A stretch of 24,000 bases of DNA from Lysobacter sp. BL-A-41-H3 (GCA_050632415.1 CP192602.1:324641-348640), one strand, 5' to 3'; positions 1 to 8,923 are shown, numbered from the stretch's first letter. Numbers and translations: made by a program. Notes: a model not told the origin generated them from the sequence alone.

Positions 1-1
1 G

Positions 2-637
2 CTGTATCCGCGCCCGATGCCGCACCGCTTCGTGAGCGATCGCGAACGCGGGGCCGAACTCACCTGCGCACGTCTGGGCTTCGAAGGCGGCGCCTCGAAC
101 CCGATCGCCAACGCGCTGCCGCCGTACATGGCGATGCCGCTGTCGTCGCTGGGCTGGACCGCGTCGCTGCTCGACGCCCTGTTCAACGAAGCAGCGCACG
201 ACTACTGCGGCCGGCAGGTGGTGCTGGACCGGTTGTTCGAAGTGCTGTTCGTGCAGGTGCTGCGCACGTTGATGCACCAGGGCGACGTGCAGGCGGGGCT
301 GATGGCCGGGCTTGCGCATCCGAAGCTGCGTCATGCGCTGGTGGCCATGCACGAACAGCCGGCGGAAGACTGGTCGATCGATGCGCTCGCGCAGCGCGCG
401 GGGATGTCGCGCAGCGTGTTCGCGAACGTGTTCCGCGATGCCGTCGGCGAAACGCCGGCCGCCTATCTGCAGCGCTGGCGGGTCGGACTTGCCCAGCAGG
501 CGTTGCGCGAAGGACAGGCGCTGAAGCGCGTGGCAGACCTGGTCGGCTACAGCGGCGAGGCCGCCCTGTCGCGCGCGTTCAAGGCGCAGACCGGACTGTC
601 GCCGCGCGAGTGGCGGACAGCGATACGGGCAGTTTGA
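2..637 (+). CDS. AraC/XylS-family transcriptional regulator, 5' end probably outside the window
   Basis: The reading frame is open from base 2, with no stop before the first ATG at 17. The C-terminal ~100 aa carry the double helix-turn-helix AraC signature (WSIDALAQRAGMSRSVFANVFRDAVGETPAAYLQRWRV ... VADLVGYSGEAALSRAFKAQTGLSPREWR). The region before it (GAELTCARLGF...LDRLFEVLFVQVLR) resembles the distal half of an AraC-type cupin sensor domain, which implies missing N-terminal residues. Stop TGA at 635-637. Confidence 0.85.
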   Translation: MYPRPMPHRFVSDRERGAELTCARLGFEGGASNPIANALPPYMAMPLSSLGWTASLLDALFNEAAHDYCGRQVVLDRLFEVLFVQVLRTLMHQGDVQAGLMAGLAHPKLRHALVAMHEQPAEDWSIDALAQRAGMSRSVFANVFRDAVGETPAAYLQRWRVGLAQQALREGQALKRVADLVGYSGEAALSRAFKAQTGLSPREWRTAIRAV

Positions 638-686
638 TCACGCAGAACGGTTCGACCTGCGATGATCGACGGAGACGCGGCATGGG

Positions 687-1322
687 CTAGCGGGTCGGGC
701 TGGTCTCGACCGGCAGCATCACTTCATTGCGTCGCAGCGGCCCGAGCGTCCAAGGTGGATTGTATTGCGCCAATACCGCAGGGCCCGTGGCCTTGAGGTT
801 CCGCTGCGCCATCCATCGCGCCAGCTCGACGCGCTTTCGTTCGAAGTCGCGATTGTTCGCCCATCCGGTGAACCGGATCACGGCGAAGCGCGCGGCCGGC
901 GTCACGCGCAGCTCCACCCGTGGATCGTTCGGCGTCGGCAGCGTATCGAGCGTGTATCCGGCCGGCATCGTGAACCGGACGATCCATGCCCCGGCGACTC
1001 CGGTCTGGCTCACGGGCGCGGTCATCGCGATCTTCTCGCCCGTCGGCGGCGACTGCGAGACCGGTGCCGTCATCGCGATGCGCTCGCGTCGCGTGTTCTT
1101 GCCGAAGATGTAGTCGGCTAGGATGCGAAATCCTGCGCTGGATGCGTCGTCGCGGGTTCCCTTCACTTCCGTCTCGGCGACCACCAGAGGCGGATATTGC
1201 CTGACCTGGAACGCGTCCTCGTCGATGATGAGGGTGAACGGCGGCTCTTCGGTGGCCATGGCGACGTTGCTCGTGAGCAGGAGGAGGAGCGACGCTGCAG
1301 AGGCGAATGCGTACGTTTTCAC
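687..1322 (-). CDS. Secreted SOUL/HEBP-family heme-binding-like protein
   Basis: 211-aa ORF with a GTG start at 1320-1322; the next in-frame Met would delete the signal peptide. The signal peptide is MKTYAFASAASLLLLLTSNVAMA. Family blocks are present: IAMTAPVSQ twice, and AQYNPPWTLGPLRRNEV near the C-terminus. Confidence 0.75.
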   Translation of the reverse strand: MKTYAFASAASLLLLLTSNVAMATEEPPFTLIIDEDAFQVRQYPPLVVAETEVKGTRDDASSAGFRILADYIFGKNTRRERIAMTAPVSQSPPTGEKIAMTAPVSQTGVAGAWIVRFTMPAGYTLDTLPTPNDPRVELRVTPAARFAVIRFTGWANNRDFERKRVELARWMAQRNLKATGPAVLAQYNPPWTLGPLRRNEVMLPVETSPTR

Positions 1323-1466
1323 TGGGCGGATCCGCAGGCGGCTGGCGATGCCTTCGAGTATGCGCCCGATCGATCAGGGCTGTGGCATCTCCGCGCATCC
1401 ACGATGCTGTCGTGCAGAAAGCGCGACCGCTGGAGGGCGTCTGCCCCAAGCGGCGACCTGTCCGTT

Positions 1467-2609
1467 TCAGGCGGTCTCGCGGAGCGGACGGGCGGCGAGA
1501 CGCCGCGCCCAGTAGGACGCCTCGGGCCAGCGCCTCTCCATCGCATGGAACCCGCGCAGCTGTTCGCGATAGACGCGATGGATGTCGAGCATGTGGCGCG
1601 CGTAGGCGTCGATGGCGGTGATATCGCCCGATGCATGGCGCAGCAGGGCATCGGCGCCGCGCAGGCCGGTGTACATCGCGTTCGAGATGCCTTTGGACGA
1701 CAGCGGGTCGAAGGCGAGGGCGGCATCGCCCACGGCGAGCCAGCGGTCACAGGCGGCGCGGTCCAGGTGGCAGCCCGAGGCGTCGGCACCGCGGGTCTGC
1801 GAGGCCGGTGAATACCCGTGCGCGGTGCACAGCGCATGCAGGTGCGGTGCGTCGGCCAGCGCGCGCCAGAGGCCGTTGTCGTCGAGCAATTGGCGGTGGT
1901 CGCACAGGTCGGCATCAGTGAGGAAGGCGACCAGCCGTTCCCGTGACGGCAGCAGCACGCTGTACCACCAGCCGTTCTCGACGGCTTCGACCCAGGTGCG
2001 GCCGTCGCGGTCGTCGTCGCGCGCGGTGCGCAGGCGCTGGTGGAAGGCGATCTGCCCGTCGTGCGCGACCTTGCGTGCGCCGAGCGTGCGGGCGAGCGAT
2101 GCACTGCGGCCGGTGGCATCGATCAGCCAGTCGGCGTCGATGGATTCGGCCTCCGCGTGCGTCTGCGCATCGACGGGTCGCAGCGCGAGCCGGTGCGGTC
2201 TCGTCGCGTCGCCGGGTGCCACGATGCGCACGCGTGCGCCCTGCAGGATGTCCGCGCCGGCCTGCATCGCCGCGTCGCGCAGCATCGCGTCGAAACGCGT
2301 CCGGTCGAGCTGCAGGCCATGGCCATGCAGCTGGAAGAGGAAGTCGTTGGCGTGCGCCGTGGCATCGCCCCAGAACGCGTTGGTGCCGGGGCTGGCGCGA
2401 TGCCCGTCGGCGAGCGTGCGTTCGAGCACGCCGAGATCGCGCAGCAGCGAACGCGCATTCGGCGGCAGGCCCTCGCCGACCTTGAATGCCGTGTCGTCGC
2501 CACCCGCGACCAGCAGGACGTCGCGACCGGCGCGGGCGAGGACGATCGCGGCGGCGGCACCCGCAGGGCCGCCACCGGCGATGACGACGTCGCGACGCCG
2601 CATCGACAC
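1467..2609 (-). CDS. LodB/GoxB-like FAD-dependent flavoprotein (putative cofactor-maturation monooxygenase for the upstream oxidase)
   Basis: 380-aa ORF. It has an N-terminal Rossmann dinucleotide motif (DVVIAGGGPAGAAAAIVLARAG), a DATG motif (LIDATGRSA) and a GD motif (WLAVGDAALAFDPLSSKGI), typical of the flavin monooxygenase/halogenase-like fold. The GTG at 2607-2609 lies 4 nt after the stop of the upstream oxidase gene, suggesting translational coupling. The ATG at 2601-2603 is an equally plausible start and would give MRRRDVVIAGGG. Confidence 0.8.
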   Translation of the reverse strand: MSMRRRDVVIAGGGPAGAAAAIVLARAGRDVLLVAGGDDTAFKVGEGLPPNARSLLRDLGVLERTLADGHRASPGTNAFWGDATAHANDFLFQLHGHGLQLDRTRFDAMLRDAAMQAGADILQGARVRIVAPGDATRPHRLALRPVDAQTHAEAESIDADWLIDATGRSASLARTLGARKVAHDGQIAFHQRLRTARDDDRDGRTWVEAVENGWWYSVLLPSRERLVAFLTDADLCDHRQLLDDNGLWRALADAPHLHALCTAHGYSPASQTRGADASGCHLDRAACDRWLAVGDAALAFDPLSSKGISNAMYTGLRGADALLRHASGDITAIDAYARHMLDIHRVYREQLRGFHAMERRWPEASYWARRLAARPLRETA

Positions 2610-2613
2610 CCGG

Positions 2614-4620
2614 TCAGTCCGGTGTACGCGTGCGTCGTACCGGGAGCGGTGCGGCGTCCGCTTCGGACTGCGACGCGAAGTTCACGCCGCTGAGCCGCAG
2701 CGTGGCCATCGGATGCGCCTTGAGCGCGGCTTCCGCGTCGGAGGCTTTCGCCACGGCGCGCGGCGGTGCGGCGACGGCGGCATCGCTGGTGGTCGCGGCA
2801 TCGGCCGGCGCCACGTCGGGGCCGTACGAGGCGACCATCATCAAGGCCGGGAAGTCCGGCGCCACGCTGGCATCGAAGCGCGGTTCGACCAGGCCCATCG
2901 AACCGAAGATGTGCGTCATCTGCACCATCTGCTGCGCGGTGGTGCCATGCAGCGGCTTGTTCCAGCTGGTGCGGTTGCTGAAGGCGTCGATGCGTTTCGA
3001 CATCGGCTGGGTCTTGTCGACCACGATCGCGTAGTCGTCGGCGGTCAGCACGTGGTTCGGCACGCGCGCGGGCCAGAACGTCGGCGCGTACGGGTCGTAG
3101 GCGGTGTCGTAGCCGGCGCGGCAGAAGGCCGTGTCCGCCTGCCAGGGCAGGCCCATCCAGCGGTTGATGTCGCCGGGGCTTTGCGCGTGCAGCGGGCCAT
3201 CGGGCGCGAGTGCCTGCGCCTGGTCGAGCGTCGGGCCGTAGTCCGGTTCGGGCTGGCCCGGCGGACGTTCGAGGATGCGGAACGGCGCGCGGTACAGCGT
3301 GATGTGGCGCATCGGCCAGGTCATCTCGCAGCCGGGATGGAAGGCGTCGGCGAGACAGAATTCCATCGCCGCGCGATCGATCGTCGCCGGCTGCGCAGCC
3401 AGCGGTACCTGGTCGATGTCCGACGGGCCTGCGGCCGGCAGGCCGCCGACGCGGTCGTCGACGAAATCGCCGTTCACCCAGCGCTGCAGGATCGTGTACT
3501 GGGTCTGGCTGATCGCCGCGTTCTGGCGCGGGCTCGGCCCGGCGGGTACTTCCATTGCGTCGCCGTAGATCCACGGCCACGGCAGCTGGTTGCCGTCGGG
3601 CGGATTCGGCGGACGGAAGCTGTTGAAGACCTGGCGGCGCAGTTCTGCATTCGGGTCGTACTGACCCGCCGGTGCTTTCGAGGCGAGCCGCGCGACGAAG
3701 GCCGGATCCTCGAACGGATGCGGCCCGTCTTCGCCGTACTGCGTGGCGAAGCCCTGGTTGACCCACTGCAGGCCGGACAGCCGCTGCAGGATCGGGTAGA
3801 TGTCGTGGCTGAAGGACAGCGTGCCCGGCGCCTGCATCCAGCCGGCCTGGATGTACAGGTCGTAGAGCAGGTCGTAGAGCGTGCGCTCGGACTTGAGCTG
3901 CGGCGCGTAGTTCGGCGGCGCGGTGACCACCCAGGCCGAATCGACCGGGATGCTCTGGCCGCCGATCGCCACCGTGGCCGAGATCGGCCCGTCGCAGGTG
4001 TCGTCGTACCAGCCGTCGGCGTTGATGAAGGAATTCGGGTCGGTGGGGATGTAGATCGGCGTGTTGTTCGGCGAGGCCGAGACGCCATGGCCGCCGAGGA
4101 ACAGCAGCCGGCCGCGTTCGTCGGTGCGCAGCTCGCCGATCTTCACCGGCACTCCGGTGTAGGCGCCGCTGCAGTCGACCGGCGTCGCGTTCCTGCCGGA
4201 GATCGACTGCGGGCCGGCATCGATGGTGAGCGAGGCGCGGTCGGCGACGGTCGCGTTGCGCAGCGGCAGCACGGTGCCGGCGGCTTCCGGGATGTCCATC
4301 GCGATCTGCCACTGGTACCAGGACGCCTTGCGGTTCGCGACGTGCGCGGTCCAGGTGATGTCGGCGTTGTCTGCAGTGAGTTCGGCGACGACCTCGCCGG
4401 CCGCGTTGTAGCCGTAGATGCGGAACTGCGCGGCTTCGCGTTTCAGCGCACCGGTGGCGTCGCGGTAGAAGCCCTGGGGCTTCGGTGCGGGGTCGGGCAC
4501 CAGCGGGCCGATGTAGATGTCGTCGACGCTGTTGCCCACCCGGGCCAGGCCGATGCCCGGGTGGATGGCGGCGCGGACGATGGTGCTGTCCGAAGGGGTG
4601 CTGTCCGAGGGCGTGGTCAT
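2614..4620 (-). CDS. LodA/GoxA-like quinoprotein amino-acid oxidase (putative cysteine tryptophylquinone enzyme), 668 aa
   Basis: The track ORF runs 2614-4755. I moved the start to the ATG at 4618-4620 because a perfect AAGGAG RBS (complement of 4630-4635) sits 9 nt upstream. Blocks I recognise from the LodA family: N-terminal AAIHPGIGLARVGNS, ADAFHPGCEMTW (Cys431, codon 3328-3330) and GDINRWMGLPWQADTAFC (Trp488 at 3157-3159, Trp493 at 3142-3144). No signal peptide. A flavoprotein gene follows immediately downstream, as in lodAB and goxAB. Confidence 0.8.
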   Translation of the reverse strand: MTTPSDSTPSDSTIVRAAIHPGIGLARVGNSVDDIYIGPLVPDPAPKPQGFYRDATGALKREAAQFRIYGYNAAGEVVAELTADNADITWTAHVANRKASWYQWQIAMDIPEAAGTVLPLRNATVADRASLTIDAGPQSISGRNATPVDCSGAYTGVPVKIGELRTDERGRLLFLGGHGVSASPNNTPIYIPTDPNSFINADGWYDDTCDGPISATVAIGGQSIPVDSAWVVTAPPNYAPQLKSERTLYDLLYDLYIQAGWMQAPGTLSFSHDIYPILQRLSGLQWVNQGFATQYGEDGPHPFEDPAFVARLASKAPAGQYDPNAELRRQVFNSFRPPNPPDGNQLPWPWIYGDAMEVPAGPSPRQNAAISQTQYTILQRWVNGDFVDDRVGGLPAAGPSDIDQVPLAAQPATIDRAAMEFCLADAFHPGCEMTWPMRHITLYRAPFRILERPPGQPEPDYGPTLDQAQALAPDGPLHAQSPGDINRWMGLPWQADTAFCRAGYDTAYDPYAPTFWPARVPNHVLTADDYAIVVDKTQPMSKRIDAFSNRTSWNKPLHGTTAQQMVQMTHIFGSMGLVEPRFDASVAPDFPALMMVASYGPDVAPADAATTSDAAVAAPPRAVAKASDAEAALKAHPMATLRLSGVNFASQSEADAAPLPVRRTRTPD

Positions 4621-4737
4621 GGTGGTGCGCTCCTTGTCGTTCGATGCGGTCCGATGCGGGATGGCCGTCGTGGCCCCGTCGTGAAGTATCGCGATCCGCG
4701 CGATCGCGGCCAGCTGCAATATCGCACAGCCCCGTGA

Positions 4738-5361
<624 letters not shown>

Positions 5362-5392
5362 TCGAGCCGCAGGCCGGGGCGAGGGCGACTCC

Positions 5393-5425
5393 GTGGGAGC
5401 GACCCTCTGCAGCGCATGCAGGGTC
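5393..5425 (+). repeat. REP-like element: GTGGGAG head plus imperfect hairpin, possible tadA 3' stabiliser or terminator
   Basis: GTGGGAGC is followed by GACCCTCTGCA-GCGCA-TGCAGGGTC, a 9-bp stem with a 2-nt bulge. It lies 32 nt after the tadA stop. The head resembles the GTAGGAGGGCC arms at 19207 and 19300. There is no U-tract. Confidence 0.35.
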
Positions 5426-5457
5426 CGGGATGTGACGAGAATCGCAAGCTGCGATTT

Positions 5458-5476
5458 GGTGATGACAATCATTCGC
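5458..5476 (+). promoter_or_regulatory. Fur-box-like 19-mer upstream of the TonB-dependent receptor
   Basis: GGTGATGACAATCATTCGC matches the canonical GATAATGATAATCATTATC at 14 of 19 positions by hand alignment. It lies about 200 nt upstream of the receptor ATG. A weak hairpin plus T5 (5492-5510) sits between the box and the gene, which weakens the call. Confidence 0.25.
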
Positions 5477-5586
5477 GTTCATGCGTGACGGAAGCCCGCT
5501 CTCGCGGTTTTTCATCATCCTGCCTTAATGTTCGGACGCTCTGATCGGGCGCCTTCACGGCGATGGCCATGGGCCTGGTCCTGCAT

Positions 5587-5604
5587 GTAGTCGCCGGGGG
5601 CGAC
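5587..5604 (+). repeat. GTAG-prefixed short palindrome (REP-like)
   Basis: GTAG is followed by the stem GTCGCC-GGG-GGCGAC (6 bp, sharing the G of GTAG). It lies in the leader region of the receptor gene. Confidence 0.3.
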
Positions 5605-5672
5605 GCTCATGCGCGTCCTGGCCCGGGCCTGCCGTGCTCTTCCCCGACGCATCCATCAGGCTCCGTTCCGAC

Positions 5673-7742
5673 ATGAAGCCCCGTCTTGCCCGCTGCATCC
5701 TCCTGGCCCTGGGCGCCCCCGCGCTCGCAAGCGCCACCGATCCCGGCACCCTCGACACCGTCCAGGTCACCGCCTTCAAGGAAGCCGTGCTCGTGCGCGA
5801 AGGCGCCGAGTCGGTCTCCATCGTCACCGGCAAGGCGCTGCGCGATCGCGGCGCCACCGACCTGCGCACCGCGCTTTCGCTGGTCTCGGGCGTGGATGTC
5901 GCGCCGGGCGGCGATGGCGGCCCGGCCGCCTCTGTCCCGGCCATGCGCGGCCTGCGCGAGTTCGACGCCTTCCTGCTGCTGATCGACGGCGTGCCCGGCG
6001 GCGGCGCATTCACGCCGGCCCTGTCGACGATGAGCCTGGTCAACGTCGAGCGCATCGAGGTGCTCAAGGGCGCGGCCCCGGTCAGCTACGGTGCCACCAG
6101 CTTCGTCGGCGTGATCCACGTGATCCATTACGCGGCGGGCGAAGGTCCGCGCGAGGTGGAAGTCGGCGTCGGCAGCCATGGCAGCGCGCGGTTCGCCCTG
6201 TCCCTGCCGATGACCACCGACGGCCCGTGGAAGCAGTCGCTGCTGTTCGACGGCGAACGCCAGGGCACCGGCGCGGATCGCACCGCCTGGCGTCGCGGAC
6301 ACGCTTTCTATCGCGGTGCCGGCGATCTGTTCGGCGGCCGTTTCACGCTGGATGTCGAACTCACCAAGGTCGGGCAGGACCCGGCCAGTCCGCGCGTCCG
6401 CGAGGGCCGCTTCCTCACCACCCGCGTGCCGATCGACGCCAACCACAATCCGGGCGACGCCACCATCGACGAGACCCGCAGCCAGCTGTCCACGTCCTAC
6501 GTCCGCGAGACCGGCCTGGGCGAGTGGGATACGCGCCTGGCGTTCGCGCACACCGACGGCACCATCATCCGCGGCTTCCTGCGCGGCGGCTTCGCCACCA
6601 ACGGCACGACGACCAATGCCGACGGCTACGCCCAGGAGCGCGATACGGACGAGCTGTATTTCGACAGCCATGTCACCACCGCCATCAACGACAAGGCCCG
6701 GCTGATCTGGGGCACCGACTACATGCGCGGCACCGGTCGCCAGCACAGCCGGCGCTTCGAGTACGCCGTGCGCGGCGATGGCGCCAATGCGCCGGTGTCC
6801 GGCAGCCGCCCGACGCTGCAGCGCACCTTCCTCGGCGACACGCGCAACTTCCACGGCCTGTATGCCGACCTGCAGCTGACCCCGACCGAACGTTGGCGCG
6901 TCGAAGCGGGCCTGCGCTACAACTACGTCGACGAAACCCGTCGCACCCGCATCGACAACGGCCCGATCCGCGAGGACAGCCGCAGCGAAGGACGCTGGTC
7001 CGGCGCGCTGGGCAGCAGCATCCGGATCTGGGGCGGCGACACCGACTACGTCACTGCCTACGGCAGCGTGCGCCGCACCTTCAAGCCGGCCGTGGTGGAC
7101 TTCGGGCCGGGTGCCGAGCGCGACATCCTCAAGCCGGAAACCGCGAACAGCTACGAACTCGGCCTGCGCGGCGCGCTGTTCGACGGCCGCCTCGAATGGG
7201 ATCTGTCGGCGTTCCGCATGGACTTCGAGAACCTGGTCGTCACCCAGAGCATCAACGGCTCGCCGGGTCTGACCAATGCCGGTGCGCAGCGTTTCGACGG
7301 CGCGGAGATCGAAGCCGACTGGCGCATCGCCGACGACCTCACCCTGACCGGCACGTACGCCTGGCACGATGCGCGCTTCGGTGATTACCTGCAGTTGTTC
7401 GGCAGCACACCGACCCAGCTGGAAGGCAAGGTGCCGGAGATGTCGCCGGGCCACCTGGCCAGCCTCGTACTGCAGTACGCGCCGGCGAACGGTTTCGTCG
7501 CGTACGCGGTGCAGAGCTATGCCGACGCGCGCTGGCTCAACAAGCGCAATACCGCATCGGTGCCGGCCTACCGCACGGTCGATGCCGGCATCGGCTACCG
7601 CAGCGATCGCTGGGAGCTGCGTCTCGACGGCACCAACCTGAGCGACCGCCGCGATGCCGTGGCCGAAAGCGAACTCGGCGATGCGCAGTACTACCTGCTG
7701 CCGGGTCGCGCGACGCGCCTGACGTATCGTCGTCGCTTCTGA
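5673..7742 (+). CDS. TonB-dependent outer-membrane receptor
   Basis: The start was moved from 5634 to the ATG at 5673, which gives a clean signal peptide (MKPRLARCILLALGAPALASA). A TonB-box-like TLDTVQVTA is present. The plug domain shows VSIVTGKALRDRGATDLRTAL and IEVLKGAAPVSYGATSFVGVIHVI. The beta-barrel body is long and Y/G/D/T/R-rich, and the protein ends in a terminal aromatic (TYRRRF). Confidence 0.9.
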   Translation: MKPRLARCILLALGAPALASATDPGTLDTVQVTAFKEAVLVREGAESVSIVTGKALRDRGATDLRTALSLVSGVDVAPGGDGGPAASVPAMRGLREFDAFLLLIDGVPGGGAFTPALSTMSLVNVERIEVLKGAAPVSYGATSFVGVIHVIHYAAGEGPREVEVGVGSHGSARFALSLPMTTDGPWKQSLLFDGERQGTGADRTAWRRGHAFYRGAGDLFGGRFTLDVELTKVGQDPASPRVREGRFLTTRVPIDANHNPGDATIDETRSQLSTSYVRETGLGEWDTRLAFAHTDGTIIRGFLRGGFATNGTTTNADGYAQERDTDELYFDSHVTTAINDKARLIWGTDYMRGTGRQHSRRFEYAVRGDGANAPVSGSRPTLQRTFLGDTRNFHGLYADLQLTPTERWRVEAGLRYNYVDETRRTRIDNGPIREDSRSEGRWSGALGSSIRIWGGDTDYVTAYGSVRRTFKPAVVDFGPGAERDILKPETANSYELGLRGALFDGRLEWDLSAFRMDFENLVVTQSINGSPGLTNAGAQRFDGAEIEADWRIADDLTLTGTYAWHDARFGDYLQLFGSTPTQLEGKVPEMSPGHLASLVLQYAPANGFVAYAVQSYADARWLNKRNTASVPAYRTVDAGIGYRSDRWELRLDGTNLSDRRDAVAESELGDAQYYLLPGRATRLTYRRRF

Positions 7743-7758
7743 TCGCGCATCCGGTCAT

Positions 7759-7793
7759 GCCGGGCGACGTGGTCACGTGCTGCATCGCCCGGC
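7759..7793. terminator. GC-rich hairpin between convergent genes (possible bidirectional terminator)
   Basis: GCCGGGCGA (7759-7767) and TCGCCCGGC (7785-7793) form perfect 9-bp arms around a 17-nt loop that contains CACGTG. It lies between the receptor stop (7742) and the DUF2721 stop (7806). There is no U-tract on either strand. Confidence 0.3.
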
Positions 7794-7805
7794 GCCGCGC
7801 ACTCC

Positions 7806-8267
7806 TCAATTCCGCCGTCGCGCCATTTCCTGGTCGAGCTCTTCATCGAAGCTCTTCACCGACAGCCCGACTTCGCGGCCCATGTAGATGCTGGCCAGGA
7901 GCAGGCAGAGCATGCCGGCGACGGCGATGACGGTCGGCACGGCGCCGACGATGGGAAAGCCGAGCAGGGCATCGGCGGCGAGGGCGAGGCTGGTGCCGAT
8001 GAAGGCGCCCAGCGCGGCATAGAGCAGGCGGCAGGCGCGCAGCACCATGGCGGCGCGGGTGCGGTGGCGCTGGATCTGCAGGTCGCGTTCGCTGCGGTCG
8101 GGCGCGTCCTTTTCCCAGGCCACGATCAGGGCGCGGAGGCGATCCACCACGCGGGCGAGCCGGGCGTTCGCCGAGACCAGCAGCGAGCCGGTGGCGGCCA
8201 TCAGCAGGGCCGGCGCCAGCATCGCACCGAGGATCGAATGGTGGTCGATGGGGGCGGGCAGGGACAT
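7806..8267 (-). CDS. DUF2721-like small membrane protein (153 aa)
   Basis: Only the distal 153 codons of track ORF 7806-8945 look coding. The rest is antisense to orn. The start ATG is at 8265-8267. There are hydrophobic segments at both ends, with a charged amphipathic middle ([21 protein letters not shown]...[12 protein letters not shown]), matching my recollection of DUF2721. Confidence 0.6.
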   Translation of the reverse strand: MSLPAPIDHHSILGAMLAPALLMAATGSLLVSANARLARVVDRLRALIVAWEKDAPDRSERDLQIQRHRTRAAMVLRACRLLYAALGAFIGTSLALAADALLGFPIVGAVPTVIAVAGMLCLLLASIYMGREVGLSVKSFDEELDQEMARRRN

Positions 8268-8330
8268 GGCGTGTACCGGGGGAGGGGGCCTGCGTATCAT
8301 GCGGTATTCCCGCAACCGCACGCGAGTCGC

Positions 8331-8918
8331 ATGGCTGTCACCTCCGCTCCCGAACCCCTGCCGTCCGAAGGCCGCCTGATCTGGATCGATCTGGAAATGA
8401 CCGGCCTCGATACCGACCGCGATTCGATCATCGAGATCGCCACGGTCGTGACCGATGCCCAGCTCAACGTGCTTGCCGAGGGACCGGAATTCGCGATCAC
8501 GCACGACCTCGCCACGCTGGAGGCCATGGACGACTGGAACCGCAACCAGCATCGCAAGTCCGGGCTGTGGCAGCGCGTGCTGGAGCAGGGCGTGTCGATG
8601 GCGGAAGCCGAGCAGCGCACGCTCGAATTCCTCCAGGCCTGGGTCGGCCCGCGCGCCTCGCCGATCTGCGGCAACTCGATCTGCCAGGATCGCCGCTTCC
8701 TGCATCGCTGCATGCCGACGCTGGAAAAGTATTTCCACTACCGCAACCTCGACGTCAGCACGATCAAGGAACTCGCCAGGCGCTGGGCACCGGACGTGCT
8801 CGCCGGGGTGCACAAGGAATCCGCGCACACTGCGCTCAGCGACGTGCGCGATTCCATCGCCGAACTGCGCCATTACCGCAGCCGCATCGCCGAACTCGCC
8901 ACCCCGACCCCGGAGTGA
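8331..8918 (+). CDS. orn: Oligoribonuclease
   Basis: The protein is nearly collinear with E. coli Orn: [74 protein letters not shown]. The start was moved to the ATG at 8331, because the upstream part of the track ORF has no homology and is shadow sequence. Confidence 0.95.
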   Translation: MAVTSAPEPLPSEGRLIWIDLEMTGLDTDRDSIIEIATVVTDAQLNVLAEGPEFAITHDLATLEAMDDWNRNQHRKSGLWQRVLEQGVSMAEAEQRTLEFLQAWVGPRASPICGNSICQDRRFLHRCMPTLEKYFHYRNLDVSTIKELARRWAPDVLAGVHKESAHTALSDVRDSIAELRHYRSRIAELATPTPE

Positions 8919-8923
8919 TCGCC

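Noticed and set aside
1612-4737. A 1041-aa plus-strand ORF spanning the whole LodB/LodA region, with nested ORFs at 2123-4312, 1319-2119 and others.
   Set aside because: It is antisense to two genes with clear family motifs. Its translation is low-complexity and Arg/Ala/Ser/Gly-rich with no recognisable domain. This is the typical stop-codon-free shadow frame of a GC3-biased genome.
5440-5510. A possible Fur-regulated small RNA (Fur-like box followed by a hairpin plus T5).
   Set aside because: The distance from the box to the T-tract is only about 30-50 nt and the terminator stem is only 4 bp. That is too short and too weak for an sRNA call. A 42-codon ORF starting at 5416 has poor codon usage.
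5520-5672. A possible cobalamin or other riboswitch in the long leader of the TonB-dependent receptor.
   Set aside because: I could not find a B12-box (GCCACTG-like) or the conserved GGGAA/AATC cores by eye. Nothing beyond generic GC hairpins is present.
5607-7454. A 615-aa minus-strand ORF and a 591-aa plus-strand alternative-frame ORF overlapping the TonB-dependent receptor.
   Set aside because: Both have Arg/Ala/Gly/Pro-dominated composition and no motifs. The receptor frame carries a signal peptide, a plug domain and a terminal Phe.
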